A stretch of DNA of 64,000 bases from Dehalococcoidia bacterium (GCA_015478665.1 JADMII010000004.1:80586-144585); one strand, 5' to 3'. Positions 8,501 through 18,406 are shown, counted from the first letter of the stretch. The notes: generated from the sequence alone by a model not told the origin. Translations and numbers: made by a program.

Positions 8501-9859
8501 TCAAGGCCAGTTCACGGCCGCCACGACCTCGTCGATAGCGTCGCCCGTCGCGTTGACGATGTGGTCGATCTGCTCCTCACTCGTCACCAGTGGCGGCGCG
8601 AAGAGGATGCTGTCGCCCTTCACCCGCGTGATCACCCCGCGCTCGCGCAGCGCGCTCAGCAGCTTCGCGCCGACGCCTGCGCCGAGCGAGGCCCGGCTCT
8701 GCTTGTCGGCTGCCACCGCGACGGCCGCCATCAGGCCGAGCCCGCGCACCTCGCCGACGCTCGGCATCTCGCGCAGGCGGCCCAGGCCGTCGTTGAGGCG
8801 CTGCCCCAGCCGCTCGGCGCGTTCGACGAGCCCTTCATCCTCGAAGATCCGCAGGTTTCGGAGGGCGACCGCGCAGGCCGTCGGATGGGCGGCGTTCGTG
8901 CAGCCGATCATGAACTTCGCATCGGCCGGCGCGTCGAGGATCACCTCGTGGACGCGCCCTGACACGATGAATGCCGAAAGCGGCACGTAGGCGCTCGTCA
9001 CGGCCTTCGCGATCGTCATGATGTCCGGCTGCACGCCCCAGCGCTCGAGGGCGAACCAGCGCCCGGTGCGCCCGAACCCTGTGATCACCTCGTCGGCGAT
9101 CAGCAGCACGTCGTTGCGGTCGCAGATCTCGCGCAGCCTTGGCCAGTAGCCGGGGTGCGGCGGGATGACGCCGCCGGCCCCATGCACCGGCTCTGCGATG
9201 ACTGCAGCGACCGTGCCCGCGCCCTCGCGCTCGATCACGGCCTCGATGGTATCGGCGCAGGCCAGCGTGCAGGCCGGCTGGTCGGCGCACCACTGGCAGC
9301 GGTAGTGGTAGCAGGTCGGCACCTGGATGAAGTCCGGTGGCTCCGGCCCGAATCCCGTGTGGAAGGGCGCCATGCCCGTGATGGCGGTCGTCGCCATCGT
9401 GCTGCCGTGGTAGGCCTCCTGCCGGTAGATCACCCTGGTCTTCTCCGGCTTCCCCGAGGCGTACCAGAAGTAGCGCGCTGCCTTGATCGCCATCTCGTTC
9501 GCCTCTGAGCCGCTGTTGGCGTAGAAGACGCCCGACATGTTCGGGTAGGCGAGGGAGAGCAGCTTCCCGGTGAGGCGGATGGAAGGGACGTTGGCGTACC
9601 CGGTGTAGCTGTTCGAGAACGCCAGCTGCGCCATCTGTTCGGCCGCCGCCTCCGCCAGCTCCCGGCGCCCGTGCCCGACGGCGACGTTCCACAGCGACGA
9701 CAGGGCGTCGATGTAGCTCCGCCCCTGTACGTCGGTCAGGACCGCGCCCTCGCCGCGCTCGAAGATGATCGCGCCCTCGTGGTCCGCGCGGTGAAACTGC
9801 GGGTGGATGATGTGGGCGATATCGTAGGCAGCGAGCGCGTCGATCTCGTCGGCGTTCAA
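8501..9859 (-). CDS. Class III PLP-dependent aminotransferase
   Basis: SGSEANE, YHGST, AEPV.GAGG, LLIADEVITGFGRTG, PDIMTIAK, GEVRGLGLM. Confidence 0.92.
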   Translation of the reverse strand: MNADEIDALAAYDIAHIIHPQFHRADHEGAIIFERGEGAVLTDVQGRSYIDALSSLWNVAVGHGRRELAEAAAEQMAQLAFSNSYTGYANVPSIRLTGKLLSLAYPNMSGVFYANSGSEANEMAIKAARYFWYASGKPEKTRVIYRQEAYHGSTMATTAITGMAPFHTGFGPEPPDFIQVPTCYHYRCQWCADQPACTLACADTIEAVIEREGAGTVAAVIAEPVHGAGGVIPPHPGYWPRLREICDRNDVLLIADEVITGFGRTGRWFALERWGVQPDIMTIAKAVTSAYVPLSAFIVSGRVHEVILDAPADAKFMIGCTNAAHPTACAVALRNLRIFEDEGLVERAERLGQRLNDGLGRLREMPSVGEVRGLGLMAAVAVAADKQSRASLGAGVGAKLLSALRERGVITRVKGDSILFAPPLVTSEEQIDHIVNATGDAIDEVVAAVNWP

Positions 9860-9894
9860 ATGATCACCAGACTACGCCCTTCTAACCCGGCACA

Positions 9895-11430
9895 TTATAC
9901 GCCGCCATCGCGGCGCAGCAACTGCCGCGCCACCTGCCGCTCGTCCCATCGGAGGTGCGCCGTGCCGACGACGATCGACTGCTCGGTGCCCTTCCCGGCG
10001 AGCAGCACGGTGTCGCCCGGCCCCGCGTGCTCGAATGCCAGCGCGATCGCGCGCCGGCGATCCGGCTCGCGCACGAACTGACTGCCTTCTTCGAACCCGC
10101 TCGCGGCGAGCGCGCGGGCGATCGCGTCGATGATCGCGTCGGGGTCTTCGCGCCGCGGGTCTTCATTCGCGACGACGGCGAAGTCCGCGCCCGCCGCGAC
10201 GGCGTGTGCGATGCCGCTCCGGCGCCCGACGTCGCGCTCGCCGGCGGCGCCGAAGACGACGATCAGCTTGCCGCGCGTCGCCGGCCGCAGCACCGCGAGC
10301 ACGTTGCGCATCGCCGGCTCCGTCGAGGCGATGTCGACGACGACGCGATAGGGCTGACCCTCCTCGATCAGCTCCATCCGTCCCGGCACGCCGGGAAAGC
10401 CGGACAGCGCGGCGACCGCGTCGGAGAACCGCGCGCCCTGCGAGACCGCGACGGCGACCGCCGCCAGGCAGTTGGCGACGTTGTAATCACCGGGGAGCGG
10501 CGTTCGCGCGATGACTTCCTCGCCGCCCATCCGCGCTACGAACCGCATGCCGCTGGTGTCCCGCTCGATGTCGTGAGCGCGGATATCCGCGTCGCCGAAG
10601 CCGTAGCTGATCGCCGGCACGCCGCCGGCCGCCGCGCGCATCGCCGCCGACGCCGGATCGTCGGCGTTGACGACGGCCGCCTTCGGCGCGCCCGCTCCGG
10701 CGGACGACCGGAGCAGGGCGAACAGGCGCGCCTTCGCCGCCAGGTACGCCTCCATGCTGCCGTGGAAGTCGAGGTGATCGGGCGTCAGGTTGGTGAACAC
10801 AGCGACGCGGAACTCACAGCGGTCGACGCGGTGCAGCTCGAGCCCGATCGACGACGCCTCGATCACTGCGTACGCGGCGCCGGCATCGACCGCGCTGCGC
10901 AGCTCGCGTTGCACGTCGGAGGCCTCGAGCGTGGTCATGTGCGACGCGTTCAGCGTCGTGCGGACGCCGTCGGAGAAGGCGACGCTGCTCAGGTAGCCGC
11001 AGCGGCGCCCGGTCGCCGAGAGCACATGCGCGATGAGGTGCGTCGTCGTCGTCTTGCCGTCGGTGCCGGTGACGCCCACCGTGACCAGCGAGCGCGCCGG
11101 TTCGCCGTACAGCCCGGATGCCGCTTCGGCGAGCGCCGCCCGCGCATCGGGGACGGCGACGAACGCCACGCCCGGCGACAGCAGCGGCGCCCGGTGCGCC
11201 CGCGTGTCGGCCTGGACGATGATCGCGCCGGCGCCGGCGGCGATGGCGGCGGCGATGAAGCTGGCGCCGTCGACCTTGGCGCCCGGAATGGCGACGAAGA
11301 TGCCGCCGGCGACGACACGCCGGCTGTCATGCGTGATGTCCGGCGCACTCGCCGGCACGCCGGATACGACCTCGGCCGCCGTCAGCGCGCGCAGCCACGG
11401 CGGCGCCTCTGCCCCTGACGATGCGGGCAT
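9895..11430 (-). CDS. murE: Mur ligase, MurE-like
   Basis: HDSRRV, GVTGTDGKTTT, EASS, FTNLTPDHLDFH, VPGRME, EDPRRED, LLAGKG.E. Confidence 0.8.
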   Translation of the reverse strand: MPASSGAEAPPWLRALTAAEVVSGVPASAPDITHDSRRVVAGGIFVAIPGAKVDGASFIAAAIAAGAGAIIVQADTRAHRAPLLSPGVAFVAVPDARAALAEAASGLYGEPARSLVTVGVTGTDGKTTTTHLIAHVLSATGRRCGYLSSVAFSDGVRTTLNASHMTTLEASDVQRELRSAVDAGAAYAVIEASSIGLELHRVDRCEFRVAVFTNLTPDHLDFHGSMEAYLAAKARLFALLRSSAGAGAPKAAVVNADDPASAAMRAAAGGVPAISYGFGDADIRAHDIERDTSGMRFVARMGGEEVIARTPLPGDYNVANCLAAVAVAVSQGARFSDAVAALSGFPGVPGRMELIEEGQPYRVVVDIASTEPAMRNVLAVLRPATRGKLIVVFGAAGERDVGRRSGIAHAVAAGADFAVVANEDPRREDPDAIIDAIARALAASGFEEGSQFVREPDRRRAIALAFEHAGPGDTVLLAGKGTEQSIVVGTAHLRWDERQVARQLLRRDGGV

Positions 11431-11519
11431 ATGGCAAGTGTAGCGGACGCAGCGGCGTTCAGAGCGCCGCCCGCGGTCCGATTCTTGTTCCAGACAAGAC
11501 AGAGGAAGTAGGGGTGCGT

Positions 11520-12056
11520 ATGGTCGCGCTTCGGCCGGACCGACGATCCGCCGAGGGCGTGGTCAGTGATGAGCCGCCCTGGCCACAGGCGAACCCGCAC
11601 GATTGGCTGACGCTGGAGCAGGCAGCGTGCGAACTGGGCGTCTCGGTCAGCACGGTGCGGCGTCGTATGCGAAGGGGCGAGCTGCGGAACCGCATCGTGC
11701 CGCGAAGAGGCGGCTTCGCGTACCGCATCTACATCGCCGGCTCCCGCCATGGCCGCGAGCCGGAGTTGCACGGCCACCCATCGCGGCCGGCGCGGGCGCC
11801 GCGGCAGCCGCACGATTTGGCGGCGTATCGCCGGGAGCGGGCGGCGCTCCAGGCGGCCGAGTCCGACGTCGAGGCAGACGACGCCATGCGACACCTCGAA
11901 CAGCAGGTGGAGCGCCTCTCGGCCGCGCTCACCACCGCGCTCCGACCGAAGCGCCCGGGTGGCGCCGATGCGGTGTCCGCAGCCGCGCGCGGCGCCGACG
12001 AGCCGTACGCGCGCTATCGTCAGCTCGTCCGCAAGCGGCGCTGGTGGCCGTTCTGA
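11520..12056 (+). CDS. Helix-turn-helix (excisionase/MerR-like) protein with coiled coil and C-terminal RRWWPF tail
   Basis: WLTLEQAACELGVSVSTVRRRMRRGEL; purine-rich RBS before ATG 11520. Confidence 0.7.
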   Translation: MVALRPDRRSAEGVVSDEPPWPQANPHDWLTLEQAACELGVSVSTVRRRMRRGELRNRIVPRRGGFAYRIYIAGSRHGREPELHGHPSRPARAPRQPHDLAAYRRERAALQAAESDVEADDAMRHLEQQVERLSAALTTALRPKRPGGADAVSAAARGADEPYARYRQLVRKRRWWPF

Positions 12057-12074
12057 GCGGTGTGTCCGCGGAAC

Positions 12075-12164
12075 CGGGGCTGGGACTGATGGTTGGGGAC
12101 TGGGACTGCTGACTGCCAACCGGGGACTGTGGGGACTGAGGACCGGCGACTGGAGAGTGGGAGC
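12075..12164. repeat. Degenerate 7-nt periodic tract (NNGACTG-like) between convergent genes
   Basis: ggggctg ggactg atggttg gggactg ggactg ctgactg ccaaccg gggactg .. gggactg aggaccg gcgactg. Confidence 0.7.
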
Positions 12165-12171
12165 GCGAGCG

Positions 12172-14562
12172 TCACGCCATGGCGATGAGGCTGCCCGCCG
12201 GTGACTTCTTCACCGTGATCCGGGCGCCGATCCGCCGCGGCAGGTCCGGCACGTGGCTGATGATGCCGACCATGCGGTCCTCCGACCGCAGCCCCTCGAG
12301 CGCGGTGATCACGACGTCGAGCACCTCCTCGTCCAGTGTGCCGAAGCCCTCGTCGAGAAAGAGGCTCTCGAGCACGGCCGAGGCGCCGCTGCGCAGTTCG
12401 GGGAGACGCTCCGAGAGCGCCAGCGCCAACGCGAGCGACGCGATGAACGTCTCGCCGCCGCTCAACGTCCGCGCCGGCCGCGCCTGGTCCGCCTGCCAGT
12501 GGTCGGTCACCAGGAACTCGCCGCCTTCGACGCTCAGCGCGAAGCGGTCATAGAGCGTCGCGAGGTGCGCGGTGGCGTTCGCCGCCAGCGCCTGCATCGC
12601 CTCCTCGATCACGTACGCCTGGAAGTTGTCCGCGCGCAGCAGCCGCGCCAGTTCGCGGTGACGCGCCGCCTGCGCCTTGCTGACCGTCAATTCGTGTTGC
12701 AGCTCCTCCGCCCTCGCGATGTCGCGCTCGAGGCGTTGCGCCGACTGCTCGAGCGCCGCGTGGCGCCGGTTCAGCGTCTCCGCTTCGGACTGGCACGCCT
12801 CGAGCAGCGACCGTAGCGACGCGCGGGGGTTCTGCGGCGGCGTCGCGCGCAACATCGCCGCGACATCGTCCCAACGCCAGGCGCCCGCGAGCTCGGCCAG
12901 CGACGCTCGGGACGCAGCCGCTTCCTTCGCCTCCGCCGCCGCGTTCTCCGCCAGTTGCTGCGCGGTCCGTACGTCCGCGGCGATCTTCGTCGCCGCCTCG
13001 GTCGCTTCCGGCTGGAGCGTCTCGAGCGCGCGTCGAGCTTCGTCGCGCACGTGCGTCAGCTCACGCACACGCGCGGCGGCGGCGTCCTGCCCGCCGAGCG
13101 CCGCCGCGATCGTCTCTGGATCGCTGCCGGCGGTGCCGGGAAGCAGCGCCGCGATCTCGTCGCGGAGCGCCGCCCGCTGCTGCTCCAGCTTCGTCGCGTC
13201 GTCGCGCGCGCGATCGTGCGCCTGCCGCTGCGATTGAAGCGCCATCTCGGCGGCGCGCGAGGCATCCTGCGTCCGCCTCTCTGCGCTCTTCGCGTCGGCG
13301 ACCGCCTTCTCGGCCGCGGCGATGCTGCCGGCCTTCGTCTTCGGCAGCGTCGCCACGGTGGCGCCGCAGACGGGGCAGGCGTCGCCGCGCTTGAGGTTGT
13401 GGCGCAGGTGCTCCGCCGACTCGTCGCGCCTCGCGTCATCTCGCCGCGCCTCGGTGAGCTCGCGCGCCGCCACCGCTGCGGCAGCGCTGCGCTCGGCGGC
13501 CGCACACGCTGCCGCCGCCTCTTCGATGCGCCGGGTGTCCGCCAGCACGTCCTGCACGGCGGCCAGATCGCGTTCGAGCGCGTTCGCCTGCTTCGCGCGG
13601 TCCGCCGCCGTGCGCAGTCGCGCGTGCAGCTCGACGTCGTAGCCGGCCGATTCCAATGCCGCCTCGTGCTCGGCGATCCTGCGCCGCAGCGCCGTCACCC
13701 GCTGTTCCGCCGACGCCGCCAGCTCGCGCAGGCGCTCGACCTCGGCGAGCATCTCATCGCGCTGCTTCGTGAGCGTGCGCTGGCGGTCGAGCGCGAACAC
13801 GACCTTGTCCGCCAGCTCGACGCCGCGCTGCAGCGCATCGCGGTGCTCTCTCGTCTGCGCGAGCTGCGGGCCGATCGCGGCGAGCTCTTCGCGCGTGGCC
13901 ACGAGCGTCTCCGGCGTCGCCTCGCGGTAGTCCTCGCTCAGCCGGCGTTCGATGTTCTTCGCCCCGGCGTCCAACTCGCGGGCGCGTGCCGCCGCCGCTG
14001 ACCGCACGTCCTCGTAGATCTGCGTGCCGAGCAGCTCCTTCAGCAGCTCCCGGCGCTCCTTCGCGTCGCCGGTGAGGAACTCCTGGAACTTGCCCTGGGG
14101 CAGCAGCACGCAGCGCGTGAAGCCGTCGAAGTCGAGCCCGATGATCCGTTCGATCTCGCGGTCGATCGTCTGCACGCGGTCCTGCATGGGCAGCCAGTGG
14201 TCGCCGCCGATGAGGCGTTCAAGGACGACCGGCGAGACGTTGGTGGCCACGCGCTCGCTGCCGTCGCGGGCGGTCTTGCGCGTCGTGTTGATGCCGCGCG
14301 AGACGCGATACCGCTCGCCGCCCGCCTCGAAGTCGAGCGCGACCCGCATGTTGTCGCGGTTGTGCGAGATCAGCGACGTCGTCTTCCGCCCGTCGCCGCG
14401 CGGCACCCGCCCGTAGAGCGCGTAGCAGATCGCGTCGATGAGGGTCGACTTTCCGGAGCCGGTCGGGCCGGAGATGACGAACAGGTCAAGATCCGTGAAG
14501 TCGATCTCGATCGGGTCGCTGTAACAGGTGAAGCCGGCGAGCCGCAGGTTACGGGGCCGCAC
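12172..14562 (-). CDS. sbcC: SbcC/Rad50 SMC-family ATPase
   Basis: Walker A GPTGSGKS, Q-loop LLPQGKF, coiled coils with CPVCG zinc hook, LSGGE signature, FLDEGFGTLD, IISH. Confidence 0.93.
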   Translation of the reverse strand: MRPRNLRLAGFTCYSDPIEIDFTDLDLFVISGPTGSGKSTLIDAICYALYGRVPRGDGRKTTSLISHNRDNMRVALDFEAGGERYRVSRGINTTRKTARDGSERVATNVSPVVLERLIGGDHWLPMQDRVQTIDREIERIIGLDFDGFTRCVLLPQGKFQEFLTGDAKERRELLKELLGTQIYEDVRSAAAARARELDAGAKNIERRLSEDYREATPETLVATREELAAIGPQLAQTREHRDALQRGVELADKVVFALDRQRTLTKQRDEMLAEVERLRELAASAEQRVTALRRRIAEHEAALESAGYDVELHARLRTAADRAKQANALERDLAAVQDVLADTRRIEEAAAACAAAERSAAAAVAARELTEARRDDARRDESAEHLRHNLKRGDACPVCGATVATLPKTKAGSIAAAEKAVADAKSAERRTQDASRAAEMALQSQRQAHDRARDDATKLEQQRAALRDEIAALLPGTAGSDPETIAAALGGQDAAAARVRELTHVRDEARRALETLQPEATEAATKIAADVRTAQQLAENAAAEAKEAAASRASLAELAGAWRWDDVAAMLRATPPQNPRASLRSLLEACQSEAETLNRRHAALEQSAQRLERDIARAEELQHELTVSKAQAARHRELARLLRADNFQAYVIEEAMQALAANATAHLATLYDRFALSVEGGEFLVTDHWQADQARPARTLSGGETFIASLALALALSERLPELRSGASAVLESLFLDEGFGTLDEEVLDVVITALEGLRSEDRMVGIISHVPDLPRRIGARITVKKSPAGSLIAMA

Positions 14563-15724
14563 GTTGCGTCTCCGCGTTGTAGAGCTCCGTGAACAGCGCC
14601 AGCAGCTCCGGCTGGATCTCCGCGCCGCCGTGCTGCTCGCGATAGTAGCGCGCGAGGAGTTGGTCCGGCATCAGGTCGCGTCGCTCGTGGCGCGGCGGCT
14701 GCTCGCCGAAGGCGCCGCCGGCAGTCTCGGCCTTCACATCGAGCGCGTTCGGCAGCACCTCGCGCACCCGCTCGTAGAGCGAGAGCACCGGCGCATCGAG
14801 CTCGACGAACACGCGCAGGTAGTCCTCGCCGTACCTCCCGGCGTGCTGCGGCAGGTCTTCGAGCCGGAGACGCACGTTGCGCAGACCGCGGCCGCCCGTG
14901 ATCTCGACCGCGCGCGCCTGCGCCGGCAGCCCCGCCTGCACGTCGACGAGCTGCACGTACTTCGCCTGCTCCGCCTCGCCGAAATCGAGCTGCAGCAGCG
15001 ACCCGCTGTACCACGCGGGCGATGTGCCGATGCGCTGGCGGCGGTGCACATGACCGAGCGCGATGTACTGCGCCGTCGCCGGCAGGCTCGCCGGCTGCAC
15101 GGCGAAGGCCTGGCCGATCTGCAACTTGCGCTCGCCGCCTCCCTCGCCGATCACCGCCTTGTCGACCAGCAGATGGGCGACGAGCAGGTTCGCCGTGTCG
15201 TCGCGGAACGCCGAGCAGATCTGCGCGATCGCCGCTTCGAGCCGGCCCGCGTACCGCTGCATCGCCGCCGCCGGTCCGGCGAACAGCTCGTCGTAGTCGA
15301 TGGTCAGGCGCTCGGGCACCCATGGCAGCGCGACGACCGTCGCCGCCTCGCTGCCGTCGCGCGAGGTCACGGTGATTGCCGCATCAGCCGCGCGCCGGGG
15401 GACGGAGCCGACCGAGCGGGCGCCGGCGATCTGGAGCACGCCGGCCAGCGCGTCCATGTGGCCGGCGGAGTCGTGGTTGCCGGCGATCGACACGACGCGC
15501 ACGCCGGCGCGCAGCAGCTGCGTCAGCGCGTCGAATAGCAAGCGCTCGCATTCCGGGGATGGAGCGAACGTATCGAACGTGTCGCCGGCGAGCAGCACCA
15601 CGTCGACGTGCTCGTCGAGCGCCACATCGACCACCTGCTGCACGACGCGCTCGAACTCCGGCTGGCGCGAGATGTTGCGGATCGTGCGGCCGAGGTGCCA
15701 GTCGCTGGTGTGGAGCAGGCGCAT
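14549..15724 (-). CDS. sbcD: SbcD/Mre11 nuclease
   Basis: HTSDWHLG, AGDTFD, GNHDS, YIALGHVH, YSGSLLQLDFGE. Confidence 0.95.
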   Translation of the reverse strand: MRLLHTSDWHLGRTIRNISRQPEFERVVQQVVDVALDEHVDVVLLAGDTFDTFAPSPECERLLFDALTQLLRAGVRVVSIAGNHDSAGHMDALAGVLQIAGARSVGSVPRRAADAAITVTSRDGSEAATVVALPWVPERLTIDYDELFAGPAAAMQRYAGRLEAAIAQICSAFRDDTANLLVAHLLVDKAVIGEGGGERKLQIGQAFAVQPASLPATAQYIALGHVHRRQRIGTSPAWYSGSLLQLDFGEAEQAKYVQLVDVQAGLPAQARAVEITGGRGLRNVRLRLEDLPQHAGRYGEDYLRVFVELDAPVLSLYERVREVLPNALDVKAETAGGAFGEQPPRHERRDLMPDQLLARYYREQHGGAEIQPELLALFTELYNAETQRAAP

Positions 15725-15725
15725 G

Positions 15726-17453
15726 CTACTGCAGCAGCCCGCCGCGCAGCGCCTCGCCGGCGGCGTCGCCGGCGCTGTCGACCTCGGACTTGCGCGTCGC
15801 CCACGCGGGGAACGGAAACTGCACCAGCAGCGGCACCGGGATCTCCGGCTGGTGCACGAACATCGTGCCCGGCTTGAGAATCGACGCGCGCGCCTTCGCG
15901 GCGTCCGTCAGGAAGCCGTACTCGGCCCGCGCCGCCTCGGCCGTATCGAGCCGGCCCGCGACGCGGAACGAGGCATTCGCCGTCACCCGCCGCTCGACCT
16001 CGCTCGCGGTCTGCTGCGCGCCGATGAGGATGACGCCGAGGCTGCGTCCGCGCTCGGCGATGTCGAGGATCACCTCCTTGATCGGGCTCCAGCCGTCGCG
16101 CGGCGCATACTTGTTCAGCTCGTCGAGTACGAGGAACGTCAGTCCGTGTTGGCCAGCACCCGATTCCGTCTGCTCGACGAGCCGGCGCACGACAACGCCG
16201 ACGACGAATCGCTTCGCCCTGTCCGGCAGGTTGTTGATGTCGATGACGGTGACCTGCCGTCCGGCGTCGGCATCCAGCACGCGGATCGTGTGCTGCTGCC
16301 GCTCCTCCTTCGTCAGCGCGCGCACGAGGTGGCCTGCGGTGGCGGCGGCATCGAACAGGCGGCGGATGAACGCCTGTCGCGTGCCTTCGGCGGCGTGCTG
16401 GGCGATGAGCGGCAGGTTCGCCTCGATGGCGTCGACCAGTTCCGGGAAGCTGCGTGCGGTGACGAGCTCGACGCCGTTGACGGAGACGAAGCCGCGATCG
16501 TCCGGGTCGAGCACGTTCGTCGGGCGCGCCAGCCACTCTTCGACGAGGCGGATGACGAACGAGATCTGGCTCGTCTCGCTGTCCGCCTCGGCGAAGAGGA
16601 AGCGCAGCATCCGCTCGCGGCAGAAGTCTGACAGCGACCAGCAGAACGGCAGCACACCCTCCTGCCGCGATGCCGATGCCGGGATGATCAGGTCGCCGCC
16701 CTTCTGCGCCGGCGCCCAGATCCTGACGCTGCGGAACGGTCCGACGGGCAGCCCCATGCGGGCGTAGGCATCGCGCGCGCGCTCGTCGAGGCGGTTGTTC
16801 GGCTTGTCGAGCCAGAGGAGGTCTTCGCCTTTCACGTTGAAGATGATCGACTTCGCGTTGCTGCCGCGCTGGCCCAGCACGCCCGACCCGAGCAGCGAAT
16901 ACAGGAGGAACAGAGCGTAGCTCGTCTTCGTCGCGACGCCGCTGATGCCGCTGATGTTCATGTGCGCGCCGCGCGTGCCGTCGAGGAACTCGAGGTTGCC
17001 GTAGATGCGCTGCCCGTCACGCGCCAGGCCGGCGACAAACGCCGTCTTCTCGGCGATCATCTGGTCGAAGTACAGCGCCTCATCGCGCTGCGTCGCTTCG
17101 CTCCTGTACGCCGCGGCGCCGGGCGAAGGCGCGACGAAGATCTCCGGCTCGACGCGCGTCACAGTGACGTGCGCGGCATGCGCGACGCCGACCGGCAGCC
17201 GCTGCTCCGACGCCGCATCGGCGTCGGAGTCGAAGCGCGCGCCCTCGAAGCGCGAGCGCACCGTGTCGACGATGCCGTGCAGCCGCACCGACTGCCCGTC
17301 CGGCAGGTCCACCGGCACGGTGACGACGTCATCGAGCTGCAGGTAGCGGCCGTCGCGCACGTACACCCAGAACGAGAGCGCGAAGGCGTCTTCGGTGCCG
17401 ATCACGCGCCCCACCGGCTCGGCGGTCAGGAACGCACCATCTACGGATGCCAT
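15726..17453 (-). CDS. herA: HerA-family ATPase/helicase
   Basis: N-terminal HAS-barrel-like region (VGRVIGTE..F), variant P-loop HMNISGISGVATKTS, FNVKGED, Walker B LVLDELNKY, ERGRSLGV.LIGAQQ. Confidence 0.85.
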   Translation of the reverse strand: MASVDGAFLTAEPVGRVIGTEDAFALSFWVYVRDGRYLQLDDVVTVPVDLPDGQSVRLHGIVDTVRSRFEGARFDSDADAASEQRLPVGVAHAAHVTVTRVEPEIFVAPSPGAAAYRSEATQRDEALYFDQMIAEKTAFVAGLARDGQRIYGNLEFLDGTRGAHMNISGISGVATKTSYALFLLYSLLGSGVLGQRGSNAKSIIFNVKGEDLLWLDKPNNRLDERARDAYARMGLPVGPFRSVRIWAPAQKGGDLIIPASASRQEGVLPFCWSLSDFCRERMLRFLFAEADSETSQISFVIRLVEEWLARPTNVLDPDDRGFVSVNGVELVTARSFPELVDAIEANLPLIAQHAAEGTRQAFIRRLFDAAATAGHLVRALTKEERQQHTIRVLDADAGRQVTVIDINNLPDRAKRFVVGVVVRRLVEQTESGAGQHGLTFLVLDELNKYAPRDGWSPIKEVILDIAERGRSLGVILIGAQQTASEVERRVTANASFRVAGRLDTAEAARAEYGFLTDAAKARASILKPGTMFVHQPEIPVPLLVQFPFPAWATRKSEVDSAGDAAGEALRGGLLQ

Positions 17454-18406
17454 GTCGGGCTCTCCCTCCCAAACGTCGTCAGCATCAGCCGCCGCATCAT
17501 CTCCGGGTCCCCGAGCCGCCGCCGCAGCTCGCGCTCCAGCTGGCCGACGGGCATCAGGTTCTGCGGCGCCCGCGGGTCACGGTACGCCGTCGGCGCGTAC
17601 GGCGGCAGCAGCGCCGCCGTGATGTCGGCGGCCGCCAGCGCCCGCGCCCGCGGCGCCTCGTCGTCCATCTCGATCAGCGCCACGTTCGAGAGCGCGAGGT
17701 CGAGCGGTCCCAGGTCCGCGAGGCAGACGAACCACGAATAGTACGCCCGGTCGGAGCGGCGGCGGATGAACACCGGCGAGCGCTGGCCGGCGCGCAGGCG
17801 CGTCAGCGTCTCCAGCTGGTCGTCGCGCGTGAGCGGCAGCTGGTGCGGCGTCTTGATCAGGCCGATCGCCGACGCATCGCGGATCGGCGGCAGCCGGCCG
17901 TCGCAGACGATCAGCTCGGCGCCATCGACGATCAGCGACCGCACGACGGCGGCCTCGAGGTCCGCGCGCAGCCCCTTCAGAGTGCGGTCGATGCTCTCCG
18001 CGTCCGCTTCGGCGTTGTGCGCCGGCAGGTAGTCGATGGTCGTGTTGCTGGCGTTGAGCACGATCGTCTCGGCCGTGGCGCCGTTGGTGAGCACGATGCG
18101 CCGCTGCACGGACACGTGCCGCAGCGGCGGTTGCCGCGCCGGGCAGATGGCGCCCGCCGCGTAGGACACGAGCATGCCGGCGAACGGCATTCGCTCGCCC
18201 TCCGCCGAGACGCGCGCATCGCGGCGCTCGACGCCGTCCACGAAGGCGACATCGGGCAGACGCGCGGGCGCCGGCGGCGTCAGCGGACGCCAGGAGTCGC
18301 ACTCGATGTCCTCGGTGATCCCGGGTTCGTCTTCGGAGGCGAAGACAGCTTCGGCGACGGAGTCGTACGTCGTCGGCCGCGGGTCGATCTTCAGCAGTCG
18401 TGGCAT
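17441..18406 (-). CDS. nurA: NurA-family 5'-3' nuclease
   Basis: AFVDG, IVCDG.L, G.IKT, RSPVF, DPRAPQNL.P..LE..LRRRLGD; overlaps the herA start; start moved to ATG 18406. Confidence 0.75.
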   Translation of the reverse strand: MPRLLKIDPRPTTYDSVAEAVFASEDEPGITEDIECDSWRPLTPPAPARLPDVAFVDGVERRDARVSAEGERMPFAGMLVSYAAGAICPARQPPLRHVSVQRRIVLTNGATAETIVLNASNTTIDYLPAHNAEADAESIDRTLKGLRADLEAAVVRSLIVDGAELIVCDGRLPPIRDASAIGLIKTPHQLPLTRDDQLETLTRLRAGQRSPVFIRRRSDRAYYSWFVCLADLGPLDLALSNVALIEMDDEAPRARALAAADITAALLPPYAPTAYRDPRAPQNLMPVGQLERELRRRLGDPEMMRRLMLTTFGRESPTWHP

